Below, in pieces: positions 1 to 9,405 of a DNA stretch of 64,000 nt. The notes beneath the pieces are model-generated. The model saw only the letters and a list, made by a program, of their open reading frames with translations. It made no database searches and was not told where the DNA came from. Source of the stretch: Candidatus Sericytochromatia bacterium (GTDB taxonomy: Bacteria > Cyanobacteriota > Sericytochromatia > UBA7694 > JACMQJ01). Made by a program: the position numbers and the translations under genes. Position 1 is the first letter of the stretch; every line of letters begins with the position of its first letter. The DNA is taken from assembly GCA_026004035.1 (NCBI GenBank), contig BPII01000009.1, positions 31,304-95,303 on the forward strand, written 5' to 3'.

Positions 1-421
1 AGATTGTAATAAGATATAATAAAATATAAATGTTAAATAATAAGGATTAAAAGAAAATATTTGAAAATACATAGTAAATATCATACAAAGTCAGCTGAAG
101 AGAGAAAAAATATAAGTGTTTAGTTTGTAATAAGAAATTTAATACAAAAGATATTGATGAAAACAAAATTCATGCTAATCATCTTGAAGCCAGAAATAGC
201 TCTTTAAGACGTACAAATTCTGCTTTTAGAAGAAAAACAAATACTTATATAAAAATTACTTTTGGATTACAGAGAACTTTAAATGTTGATTTTATTGTTC
301 ATAATTATTTGAAACCTAATTTCACTACTAAAATTAATGATTCAAAAAATAACTTAAAAAATAAAAAAATAATGAAGTATAAAATACTCTCTCAAATTTC
401 TTTTCTACTCAATCCCAGTGC
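1..421 (+). mobile_element. 3' remnant of an IS1-family-like insertion sequence (stop-interrupted transposase C-terminal fragment), truncated by the window edge
   Basis: The frame starting at 168 reads IHANHLEARNSSLRRTNSAFRRKTNTYIKITFGLQRTLN. This resembles the E-x2-N-x2-(L/I)-R...R-(K/R)-T-x2-(F/Y)-x-K block after the catalytic Glu of IS1-type DDE transposases (from memory, not searched). Upstream frames contain stops. Bases 16-58 recur at 39007-39049 and 341-421 recur at 39200-39283. The element ends in AATCCCAGTGC at 421, the same terminus as the MITE copies. Confidence 0.45.
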
Positions 422-480
422 CTATTTCTTGACAACAAAAAATTATTAATTTACAATTTGTTTAAGGTATTATATTATAA

Positions 481-553
481 GCCCTCGTAGCTCAGTGGAT
501 AGAGCGAGACCGTCCTAAGGTCTGCGTCGTAGGTTCGATTCCTTCCGAGGGCA
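481..553 (+). tRNA. tRNA-Arg (anticodon CCU)
   Basis: 73-nt cloverleaf folded by hand. Acceptor stem GCCCTCG/CGAGGGC with discriminator A. D arm GCTC-AGTGGATA-GAGC. Anticodon stem AGACC/GGTCT with loop GT-CCT-AA. T arm GTAGG-TTCGATT-CCTTC with one T-T mismatch. Confidence 0.9.
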
Positions 554-586
554 TTTGTTATGTTATTTTTTTAGTTAGTAGTAAAA

Positions 587-991
587 ATGGAAATAGAATA
601 CAAAAAAGAAGGTACAAAAGAATATAAAAAATTTAAAGAATTACAAGATGCAATGCTTGATAAAGATCCTGAAATTAGAAAAAAAGCTATTGCTATTTAT
701 AATAAAATAATGAAATCCCAATATGATGATATCATAGATAAAATAAAATCTGAAATAGATAGAATAGAAGGAGTGTATAGAAAAGCAGAAAAAAAAGCAT
801 TAAGAGATGCTATGAAAGCTGAAGCTCTAGGTAAAAAAATAGAAAGTAAAGTTTTAATGGATAAAGCTACTGAGTTAGAATTATCATCTCTAAAAGTCAA
901 ACTTAGACATTATACAGATTTAAAAGATATAGAAATAAACTCTAAGATAAAAAAACTTAAATTGGATTTTTATGAAGAAGACTATTTCTAG
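587..991 (+). CDS. hypothetical K/E-rich, probably coiled-coil protein
   Basis: 134-codon ORF right after the tRNA with no motif I recognise. Its 3' end overlaps the next ORF by 20 nt. Confidence 0.45.
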   Translation: MEIEYKKEGTKEYKKFKELQDAMLDKDPEIRKKAIAIYNKIMKSQYDDIIDKIKSEIDRIEGVYRKAEKKALRDAMKAEALGKKIESKVLMDKATELELSSLKVKLRHYTDLKDIEINSKIKKLKLDFYEEDYF

Positions 992-1461
992 GATAAAAAG
1001 ATTTTTTAATAGCCTTAGTCCTAAAATAAATAAATCAGACTTAGAAATAGTAAATACTTTTTTAGAAAAAAATCATAAGAAAGCTTTTTTCTCTATGAGT
1101 TTAGTTGATCAGAAACATTGTATAAATGTTGCTAGAACATTATTAAACTCTAATAAAAAATTAAATATAAATACCATAAGATTAGCATTACTTCATGATA
1201 TAGGAAAGCAAATTAAACCTTTTTCAGTTATTGAAAGAACATTTGTAGTTTTATTGCCAATGAATAATATTAAGTTAAATAAATTATCCAATAAATAATT
1301 ATTTTCCTGTAAAATCTTTACAAATAAAAAGATTTCATAATGAATATGGTAAAAAAATAGCTGAATATTATAATTTTGACAATGAAATAATAGAATTAAT
1401 ATATTCTCATCATTCTAAATCTGACAAAAAAAGAAATTATAGATTTTCAATGGTCAGATAA
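972..1461 (+). pseudogene. HD-domain phosphohydrolase, split by a +1 frameshift near 1280-1300
   Basis: ORF 972-1298 carries the HD motif (LALLHDIGK) and stops at 1296-1298. The +1 frame continues NYPINNYFPVKSLQIKRFHNEYGKKIAEYYNFDNEIIELIYSHHSK to a stop at 1459-1461, which is the expected second half of an HD domain. Confidence 0.6.
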
Positions 1462-1514
1462 TTTAAATTAGTTTCATGTTAAAATGTAATTCATATAATA
1501 TGAGGTGTTTTTTT

Positions 1515-1853
1515 ATGAGTAAAATAACAACTCACATTTTAGATACTTCTTTAGGAAAACCAGCAAGTAATATAAGAGTTTTTTTAGAAAAATATAATAA
1601 TGATTCTTGGGAACCAATAGCTGAAGGAATTACAAACGAAGATGGTAGGATTAAAGATTTGCTAAAAAATAATGATACTTTAGATTTAGGAAAATACAGA
1701 ATGATATTTGAAACAGAAAAATATTTTTCTGATAGAAATATAAAAACTTTTTATCCTAAAGTTTCAATAGAATTTTATATATATGATGATAGTCATTATC
1801 ATATACCTTTATTATTAAGCCCATTTGGTTATTCTACTTATAGAGGAAGTTAA
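1515..1853 (+). CDS. uraH: 5-hydroxyisourate hydrolase (transthyretin-like)
   Basis: MSKITTHILDTSLGKPA start and the C-terminal YSTYRGS signature, ~112 aa. GAGGTG ribosome-binding site at 1502-1507. The longer ORF from 1476 is probably an upstream extension. Confidence 0.85.
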   Translation: MSKITTHILDTSLGKPASNIRVFLEKYNNDSWEPIAEGITNEDGRIKDLLKNNDTLDLGKYRMIFETEKYFSDRNIKTFYPKVSIEFYIYDDSHYHIPLLLSPFGYSTYRGS

Positions 1854-1856
1854 AAT

Positions 1857-3252
1857 ATGAAAGAAGAATTTAAAAAAATATTAGATAATTTAAGACAGTA
1901 GTAATAAAGAATTATCTACTACTTATGTTGGTGATTCATCTAATAGACAACCTGTCCATACTTTATATGGAGGAGCACAATTATTTAAATTTGACACCAC
2001 AAAAAAGATTTCAAACCTAGCTCTAAAAGCATTTAAAGAATATGCACCTAATTTTGTAGTATTTGCTAAAGCTCTTAATATACCAGGTAGTAATATGTTA
2101 CCTGATAAAATTGATGAACAAGAAAAATTAGCTTTAAAAGAAAATAAAAATCATTATGAAAGATTAGCTTTTGATGTTTATAATAAAGTAGAAAACAAAT
2201 TAATTAATGAAGCTGTAGAAGATTTTAGAATTGATTTTGAAGATGGTTTTGGAAATAGACCTGATAAAGAAGAAGATGAAACAGCAGTATTTGCAGCTCA
2301 ACAATTAGCAAAAGCTTTAAAAGAAAAAACTTTACCACCTTTTATTGGTATAAGGATTAAACCTTTTAATGAAGAATTAAAGTATAGAGCTACTAGAACA
2401 TTGGATTTATTTTTAAATACCTTGTTAAAAGAAAGTTTCGGACAAATTCCAGAAAATTTTGTAATAACATTGCCTAAAGTTACTATTCCTGAACAAGTTA
2501 CAGCATTTGTAAATATACTTGAAATAATAGAAAAAGAAAATAATTTAGAACAAGGAACTTTTAAAATAGAAATAATGATAGAAACAACTCAAGCTATTTT
2601 TAATCAAAAAGGTGAAGCTAATTTACTTAAATTAGTTAAAGCAGCAAAAGGTAGATGTAGAGGTGCTCACTTTGGCACTTATGATTATACAGCTTCTTGT
2701 GATATAACAGCTAAATATCAAATAATGGATCATGATGCTTGTAACTTTGCAAGACATATGATGAAAGTTTGCTTAGCAGGAACAGGTGTGTGGTTATCAG
2801 ATGGAGCAACAAATGTTATGCCTGTTGGACCACATAAAGGAGATTTAAATGAAGAACAAAAAAAAGAAAATATACAAGTTGTTCATAATGCTTGGAAATT
2901 AGCTTATGATCATATCCAACATTCACTAAAAAATGCTTTTTATCAAGGATGGGATTTACATCCTGCTCAGCTATGTGTTAGATATGGAGCTGTATATACA
3001 TTTTTCTTAGAGAGTCTAGAACAAGCTTCTACTAGACTAAAAAATTTTATAGAAAAAGCTGCACAAGCAACACTTGTAGGTGATGTTTTTGATGATGCAG
3101 CTACAGGACAAGGTCTTTTAAATTATTTCTTGAGAGCTTTAAATTGTGGTGCTGTATCAATAGATGAAATAACTAATTTAACAGGGCTTACATTAGAAGA
3201 AATTAGGACTAAATCATTTTTAAAAATACTAGAAAATAGAAAACTTAGATAA
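1857..3252 (+). pseudogene. HpcH/HpaI aldolase / citrate-lyase-beta-like (malate-synthase-like TIM barrel) protein; N-terminus detached by a frameshift at ~1894-1901
   Basis: ATG at 1857 gives MKEEFKKILDNLRQ then a stop at 1899. The +1 frame is open from 1894 (SSNKELSTTYVGDSSNRQPVHTLYGGAQLFKFD...) and runs into the 385-aa ORF 2095-3252 (DFEDGFG, IMIETTQAI, AHFGTYDYTAS). The family call is from memory and tentative. Confidence 0.5.
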
Positions 3253-3254
3253 AA

Positions 3255-3788
3255 TTAATCTATAATTATTCTTTGATATTCTCTTTTTATATCATTAATG
3301 TAATTAATAGTATTTTCAGGTAATCTATTACCAGAATTTATAATTTTACTTACAGAATAATAACCCATTTTATAAGAAGCTAAAGCTAAATCAATATTGT
3401 TATTACATAAAATAAGCATTTTTTTTAAATATTTTATAGTTCCTTTTATATTCTCTTCTATATCAAAAGGGTTATTTATACCCAAATCTTTAGCTGTTGA
3501 ATATAATAACTGACCTAAACCTATTGCACCAGACTTTGAAACTATATTATCTTTAAATGATGATTCTCTTGCTATTAAAGAAAAAACTAATTTAGGCTCA
3601 ATATTGTTTTCAACACTATATTTATTGACATAAAATATTATATTTTCTAGTTTAGAATTATCTATGTTTTTATTATAACTTTTAATTAAACTTCTAATAT
3701 TAGTAATTGAATAATCATATTTTTTAGTAATTTTTGAAGAACAAGAAAATAATAATATCATAGAAAATAATAGTGTTATTTTTTTCAT
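3255..3788 (-). CDS. lytic transglycosylase (SLT domain) lipoprotein
   Basis: Lipobox LLFSC at the N-terminus. SLT catalytic motif ARESSF...SKSGAIGLGQLL...AY. Confidence 0.8.
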   Translation of the reverse strand: MKKITLLFSMILLFSCSSKITKKYDYSITNIRSLIKSYNKNIDNSKLENIIFYVNKYSVENNIEPKLVFSLIARESSFKDNIVSKSGAIGLGQLLYSTAKDLGINNPFDIEENIKGTIKYLKKMLILCNNNIDLALASYKMGYYSVSKIINSGNRLPENTINYINDIKREYQRIIID

Positions 3789-3898
3789 TTTTTAGACGTA
3801 CTGCATTAAATTAATTATAGAAAAAAAAATAAAATTATGCTATATATTTATAGTTAGTTTATAAATATGAAAAAATAATTTCTTAAAAAGGAGTTTTT

Positions 3899-5518
3899 TT
3901 GACAAAAAAAACTAATGCAAATTTATGTATATTTTATGTATGTAAAGATTATTCAGAAGATTTATTACTTAGTATAAAACATTTACTAAGTCTAGATATA
4001 AAAGTACTTGTTTTTAATATTTTTGAAGAAATATTCCCAATAGAAAATGTAATTATAATAAACACTACTTTAGAAAATCTAAAAAATGAAATAATTTTTC
4101 AAAAAAATAAAATAAAAGCTAATTTTTTATTAATTTTAGATGACACTGAAACAATATTTATTGACAAAAATTTTCTAAGCACAGAAAATTTAAAAAACCC
4201 TTTCTTTAATATAAATATATATCCTGATAAAGATAAAGTTTTTGATTATGAAATAGAAGTATTTAAGAGTAAAGAATTAAGATTATTTAATTTAAAAAAT
4301 AAAATTTCAGATGAATTTTTTAATAATTTTAATTTAATTGATTACTCAATAGAAACATTACCTAAAGAATATATTCATATATTAAAGAAAGATTATAAAA
4401 CTGATATTGAATTATTAAAGATACAAGAAAATAATAATTTATTTAAAGGAATATATCATTTTTACAACAATTCTATTGAAGCCGAAAAATACTTATATCA
4501 AGATAATAGTAATATTTCAAAACTAATTCTTATAAAATTAAATATTATAAAAAATAATTTAGAATTAGCTAAAAAAATAGCTTATGAGAATTCTTATTTA
4601 CTAAAGGAAATTTCTACTTTTTATTTTTATTTAGCTGAAATTTCATTTAGAGATAAAAAATATTCAGAAGTAATAACTTTGATAAACAAAGGTTTTAAAT
4701 TAAATAAATTAGTTGAGCCTTATATTATTTCAGATAATAAATGGAAACCTTATTTATTACTAGGAAAATCATTATTTTATTTAGGTAGATATTTAAATTC
4801 TAAAAAATTCTTAGAAAAAGCTAATAGTTTAATAGAAAATAGAAAATCACCAGAAATACTATTTTACCTTATAAAAGTTTTAATTCAATTGAATGATTAT
4901 AAAACTGCATTTGATACTATACAAGAAATACTAAAAATAAATAAATTAAATAAGTTTTTACTAAATGAAGTAAAATACTTGTTCTTGAACTTATTATTAT
5001 ACATTGATATTAACGATAATGTAATAGAAATTTTAAAGACAGATTTATTTAATGATGAATATTCTATTTTAAGAATAGCTGATACTTTATATATGAACGA
5101 AGATTACCAAAAAGCATTACAAATTTATTTATTTGTTAAAGATAAATTTAATAATAATAATAAAGATTTATTATTCAAAATAGCTTATGTTTGTGCAAAA
5201 TCTAGATTATTAAAAGAGTCAGCACAATTTTTTGAGAAGTTCTTAGAATATGAACCACAAAATTTAGACGTATTAAATAATCTTGCATTTATATATTTAA
5301 ATCTTGAGTATTTAGATAAATCAGAATATATTTGTAAAAAAATACTTGAAATAAACAGCTTTTCTTTTGAAGCATATTTTTATTTATCATTAATTTATCT
5401 TATTAAAGAAGATAAATTAAAATCTAAATTTTATATAGATAAAGCTAAAATGATAAACCCAGTTTCACCTGAAATAATAAAACTATTTCAAATATTTAAA
5501 AATACTTTTAATGAATGA
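3899..5518 (+). CDS. TPR-repeat protein with a degenerate SunS-like GT-A N-terminal domain (TTG start)
   Basis: TTG at 3899 lies 5 nt after GGAG. The N-terminus (NLCIFYVCKDYSEDLL...FLLILDDTE) aligns by eye to the GT2 domains of the 32724 and 59486 proteins, but it lacks DTGSTD and W-x-NDF-x-ARN. The C-terminal half has TPR-like repeats. Confidence 0.6.
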   Translation: MTKKTNANLCIFYVCKDYSEDLLLSIKHLLSLDIKVLVFNIFEEIFPIENVIIINTTLENLKNEIIFQKNKIKANFLLILDDTETIFIDKNFLSTENLKNPFFNINIYPDKDKVFDYEIEVFKSKELRLFNLKNKISDEFFNNFNLIDYSIETLPKEYIHILKKDYKTDIELLKIQENNNLFKGIYHFYNNSIEAEKYLYQDNSNISKLILIKLNIIKNNLELAKKIAYENSYLLKEISTFYFYLAEISFRDKKYSEVITLINKGFKLNKLVEPYIISDNKWKPYLLLGKSLFYLGRYLNSKKFLEKANSLIENRKSPEILFYLIKVLIQLNDYKTAFDTIQEILKINKLNKFLLNEVKYLFLNLLLYIDINDNVIEILKTDLFNDEYSILRIADTLYMNEDYQKALQIYLFVKDKFNNNNKDLLFKIAYVCAKSRLLKESAQFFEKFLEYEPQNLDVLNNLAFIYLNLEYLDKSEYICKKILEINSFSFEAYFYLSLIYLIKEDKLKSKFYIDKAKMINPVSPEIIKLFQIFKNTFNE

Positions 5519-6380
5519 AATTTTATCTAAAGTAAAAAATTTAAATTTAAATATACTTAAAATAAGTGATAATTTTTTTAATGGTAACTATAGAAGCATT
5601 TTTAAAGGTAATGGAATTGATTTTTCGGAATATAAAAAATATGAATATGGAGATGATACTAAATATATAGATTGGAAAGTATCTTTAAGAAAGGGAGTAT
5701 TTTATAAAAGGAAATTTATAGAAGAAAGAAACATTAATGTAATTTTAGTTGTTGATATAAGTTCATCAATGTTTTTTTTCAATAAAAAAGATATACTTTT
5801 TAATTTTTCACTTATAATTTCATATTTAACACTAAAAAATAATGATAATCTATCATTAATAACATTTTGTGATAATGTCATAGATTACTTTAAGCCTCAA
5901 AAAACAAAAAACAATTTTTTAAATATAATAAATTATTTGTCAAATATGCACTTTAAAGAAAATAGAAAAACTAATATTAAAGCTTGTTTAGAATTTATAA
6001 ATAAAACTATAAGAAAAAAATCTGTTATTTTTTTTATCTCTGATTTTATATCAAATATTGATTATGAGAAAGAAATTAAAATATGTAGTCATAAACATGA
6101 TTTTATTTCAGTAGTTATTGATATTAAAGAAGAAAATATTTTAAATAATACAGGAATAATAAAAGTATATAATCCTGAAAATAATAAATATATATTAATA
6201 GATACATCATTAAATAATGATTTTTATTTGTATTCAAAGGAAAACAAAGAAAATTTATTAAATTTATTCAATAAAAACTCAATAGATAGTTTATTTTTAA
6301 ATAATGATGACTTTTTGTTAGAGTTAAATAATTTTTTTAAGTTTAGAAGATCAAAAGTAAATGTTCAAACTAGTTTATAA
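5511..6380 (+). CDS. DUF58 family (vWA-like, MoxR-associated type) protein
   Basis: Motif YGDDTKYIDWKVSLRKG followed by VILVVDISSSM. Overlaps the upstream TPR gene by 8 nt (ATGAATGA). Confidence 0.75.
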   Translation: MNEILSKVKNLNLNILKISDNFFNGNYRSIFKGNGIDFSEYKKYEYGDDTKYIDWKVSLRKGVFYKRKFIEERNINVILVVDISSSMFFFNKKDILFNFSLIISYLTLKNNDNLSLITFCDNVIDYFKPQKTKNNFLNIINYLSNMHFKENRKTNIKACLEFINKTIRKKSVIFFISDFISNIDYEKEIKICSHKHDFISVVIDIKEENILNNTGIIKVYNPENNKYILIDTSLNNDFYLYSKENKENLLNLFNKNSIDSLFLNNDDFLLELNNFFKFRRSKVNVQTSL

Positions 6381-6478
6381 AAATAACTTAAACAATGTAG
6401 TATTTAGTAGTTGTTTATAGATAAAAAATAATAACAATTATTATTTAAAAATAGAATAGTAATTTAGAATATCTCTTA

Positions 6479-7603
6479 ATGAAATACAAAATATTTATAT
6501 CAGCTGGTGAAGTATCAGGAGATTTACATGCATCATATTTACTTAATGAAATTTTGAGTATAGATAAAAATATTTATTCTTATGGATTTGGTAGTTTAAA
6601 ATTAAAAAAATTAGGATTTGATTTATTAGCTGATTTATCAAAAAATAGTAGTGTAGGTTTCACTGAAGCTTTACCAAATGTAATACCTGCAATTTTTTTA
6701 TTAAGAAAAGCTCAATATATATTTAAAAATAAAAAACCAGATTTAGTTATTCTTATAGATAATCAAGGATTTAATTTTAAACTTGCTGAAATAGCAAAGA
6801 AAAATAATATAAAAGTTGCCTATTACATAGCACCTCAAGAATGGATATGGGGATTTAAAAATGGTGCTAAAAAAGTTATAACTCTTACTGACAAAATATA
6901 TGCTATTTTTAAAAAAGAGTATGAATTATATTACAAATTAACTGATAAAGTTGAATATGTCGGTCATCCTTTACTAGATATTTTAAAAAAAAATAATAAG
7001 ATTTTAATAAGAAAAGAGCTTAACTTAAACAATGAATTAGTAATAGGATTAATGCCGGGTAGTAGAAAAAAAGAAATAGATAGGCTATTGCCTATTTTTT
7101 TAGAAACTACTAATAAATTAAGAAATTATTATAAGAACATAGATTTTATAATCATAATACCTGAAATATGGGAATATTACTTAAAAAAGTTTTTTAAAAT
7201 AGATAATATAAAAATATTTTCAGGTGATTCAAGTTACTTTATGCAAGCATGCGATTTAATTTTAGCATCTTCAGGTACTGTAACATTAGAAGCTACTTTA
7301 TTAAATATACCTATAATTTCTAATTATAAACTATCTTATATTTCATATAAAATAGCAAAATACCTTATAAAAACAGATTATTTCTCTTTACCAAATATTA
7401 TTTCAAATAAAAAAATTATAGAAGAATTTATACAAAGGGATGTAAATTCAAGAAATCTTTTTGAAGTATCAGTTAAAATACTAGAAAATAGAGATAAAAT
7501 TGATTATAGTGAGATTAAAAATTTTTTATTACCTTATGGGGCTATAAAAAAAACTGCTAACTCGATATATTCATTTTTAAAAGAAATTAAAAATCAACAG
7601 TAA
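6479..7603 (+). CDS. lpxB: lipid-A-disaccharide synthase
   Basis: N-terminal KIFISAGEVSGDLHAS, then MPGSRKKEI and a GTVTLEA-type C-terminal motif, ~374 aa. Confidence 0.85.
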   Translation: MKYKIFISAGEVSGDLHASYLLNEILSIDKNIYSYGFGSLKLKKLGFDLLADLSKNSSVGFTEALPNVIPAIFLLRKAQYIFKNKKPDLVILIDNQGFNFKLAEIAKKNNIKVAYYIAPQEWIWGFKNGAKKVITLTDKIYAIFKKEYELYYKLTDKVEYVGHPLLDILKKNNKILIRKELNLNNELVIGLMPGSRKKEIDRLLPIFLETTNKLRNYYKNIDFIIIIPEIWEYYLKKFFKIDNIKIFSGDSSYFMQACDLILASSGTVTLEATLLNIPIISNYKLSYISYKIAKYLIKTDYFSLPNIISNKKIIEEFIQRDVNSRNLFEVSVKILENRDKIDYSEIKNFLLPYGAIKKTANSIYSFLKEIKNQQ

Positions 7604-8810
7604 CTTCTTTAGGGATGATTTCTTTAATAAGAAAATTATCTTTAGATAAAACATTTATTTTCACTAATTGATTTTTTTCTACTCCATCTAAATTGACCCA
7701 TACATTTATATTATCTGGATTTATATTATCAATTTCATTTTTGTTTCCAGAAATTCTTATCTTGGCATATTTAGGACTTATTTTTATTTGATCTTTATTT
7801 ATAATATTTTTACCATGATACTTTGTTTCTATAGGCATTATTAATATTTTCTCATAAAAATTATTAGGATTGTTAACTAAATTAACATTTACTATAAAAT
7901 ATAAAGATATTGATAAAAGAATAGAAAATATTTGGAATATAATTTTGTTGGAATTTAAATTTACTGATTTTTCAGATTCATCTTTTATAGCTCTTGTAAC
8001 CATTTGTTCATTACTTTGTATTGAATCTATCAATAATTTTTCAAGTTTATCATATTCTAAATGTCTATATAATTTTCCATTCATTGCTAATGATATATCA
8101 CCTGTTTCTTCTGAAACTATAATACATAAAGCATCAGTTTGTTCAGCAATACCTAAACCTGCTCTATGTCTAGTACCTAAATTATGTTTTCCTCTTACAG
8201 GTTTTATATTTTCAGAAAGAGGAAGTAAAACTGAAGCAGCAACTATTCTATTATTATTGATTATTATTGCACCATCGTGTAAAGGTGTTCCAGAGTAAAA
8301 AATGCTTTCAATTATTTCAGATGAAACAATTGAATCAATTTCTATTCCAGTTTCTATAAAATCTTTTAAAGTATTATTTCTTTGTATTATAATTAAAGCA
8401 CCTATTTTTTTTGTAGATAGATTTTTTACAGAATTAACTATTATATTCACAAAATCAAATAATTCTTTTCCTTTTGAAAAATTTTTTGAAAAAATACTTC
8501 CTTTATTACTTATATTATATAAGAATCTTCTTATTTCATATTGAAAAATTATTGGTATTGATATAAATAATAATATTCCAATAGATTCTATAAAAAATAA
8601 ACTGGTTTTTAAATCTAAAGTATAGAATAGTATATACAATAATATTATTACAAATAAAGCTTTTATGAATTCAAAAAATCTTGTATCTCTTGAAAAATTT
8701 ATTAAATGATATGAAATAAATAATATTACTAATATATCTAATATGTTTTTTAATATTGAATAATAATTGTTAAAATTGAAAAAACTAAATAATTGACTAA
8801 TATCATTCAT
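7587..8810 (-). CDS. cdaA: diadenylate cyclase CdaA fused to a C-terminal TM helix plus a YbbR (CdaR)-like domain
   Basis: Three N-terminal TM helices. DAC motifs TPLHDGAIII and GTRHRAGLGIAEQTDALCIIVSEETGDISLA. An extra ~130 aa follows: a TM segment (IFQIFSILLSISLYFIV) and a YbbR-like module (ISPKYAKIRISGNKNEIDNINPDNINVWVNLDG...PKEVTV). The 3' end overlaps lpxB by 17 nt. Confidence 0.8.
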   Translation of the reverse strand: MNDISQLFSFFNFNNYYSILKNILDILVILFISYHLINFSRDTRFFEFIKALFVIILLYILFYTLDLKTSLFFIESIGILLFISIPIIFQYEIRRFLYNISNKGSIFSKNFSKGKELFDFVNIIVNSVKNLSTKKIGALIIIQRNNTLKDFIETGIEIDSIVSSEIIESIFYSGTPLHDGAIIINNNRIVAASVLLPLSENIKPVRGKHNLGTRHRAGLGIAEQTDALCIIVSEETGDISLAMNGKLYRHLEYDKLEKLLIDSIQSNEQMVTRAIKDESEKSVNLNSNKIIFQIFSILLSISLYFIVNVNLVNNPNNFYEKILIMPIETKYHGKNIINKDQIKISPKYAKIRISGNKNEIDNINPDNINVWVNLDGVEKNQLVKINVLSKDNFLIKEIIPKEVTVDF

Positions 8811-8949
8811 TAAATAAAAAACATATCCATTTCTTTTAGCAAAATATAATCTTAAAAAGAATATTATAAAATATTTTAAGTATAATTTTAATTAATACTT
8901 ATATATTTTTTATGTTATTATTAAATATTAAATATTTAGGTGAAATAAA

Positions 8950-9402
8950 ATGCAAGAAGAATTAAAAATTAATTTTGAAACTCTTTTATCATTTACAAAA
9001 GCTCTTATAAAGTTAGCTCAGATTGATAATGTTATACCTGAAGAAAAGGAATACATAAAAAATTTTTTTGAAGAAGTGTCAAAAGAATTAAATGTTAATG
9101 TTGATTTTGAAAAAACTTTTAAAGATTTAGAGAATCAAAATATAAATGATGAAGATATAAAAAATTTATCTTCTTCAGAAGAAATAAAAGAATACTTCTT
9201 AAAAACTTGTATATTTTTAGCTTGTGTAGATTATTTTTCTCAAAACGAAAAAACGTTTATAAAAAATATTGCTGAAAAGCTTAATTTTAATAATTTAGAT
9301 AAATTAGTAAAAGATGTTCAAAATGAATTACTAAAAAACTTTGAAAATGTAACAATATTTAAAGATTCACTTGATAAAGTTAAAAGTTCTATTAGCATAT
9401 AG
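8950..9402 (+). CDS. hypothetical acidic helical protein (possibly TerB-like)
   Basis: 150-codon ORF in its own intergenic context. The TerB-like assignment is only an impression from LSFTKALIKLAQIDNVIPEEKEYIKNFF. Confidence 0.4.
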   Translation: MQEELKINFETLLSFTKALIKLAQIDNVIPEEKEYIKNFFEEVSKELNVNVDFEKTFKDLENQNINDEDIKNLSSSEEIKEYFLKTCIFLACVDYFSQNEKTFIKNIAEKLNFNNLDKLVKDVQNELLKNFENVTIFKDSLDKVKSSISI

Positions 9403-9405
9403 CAA

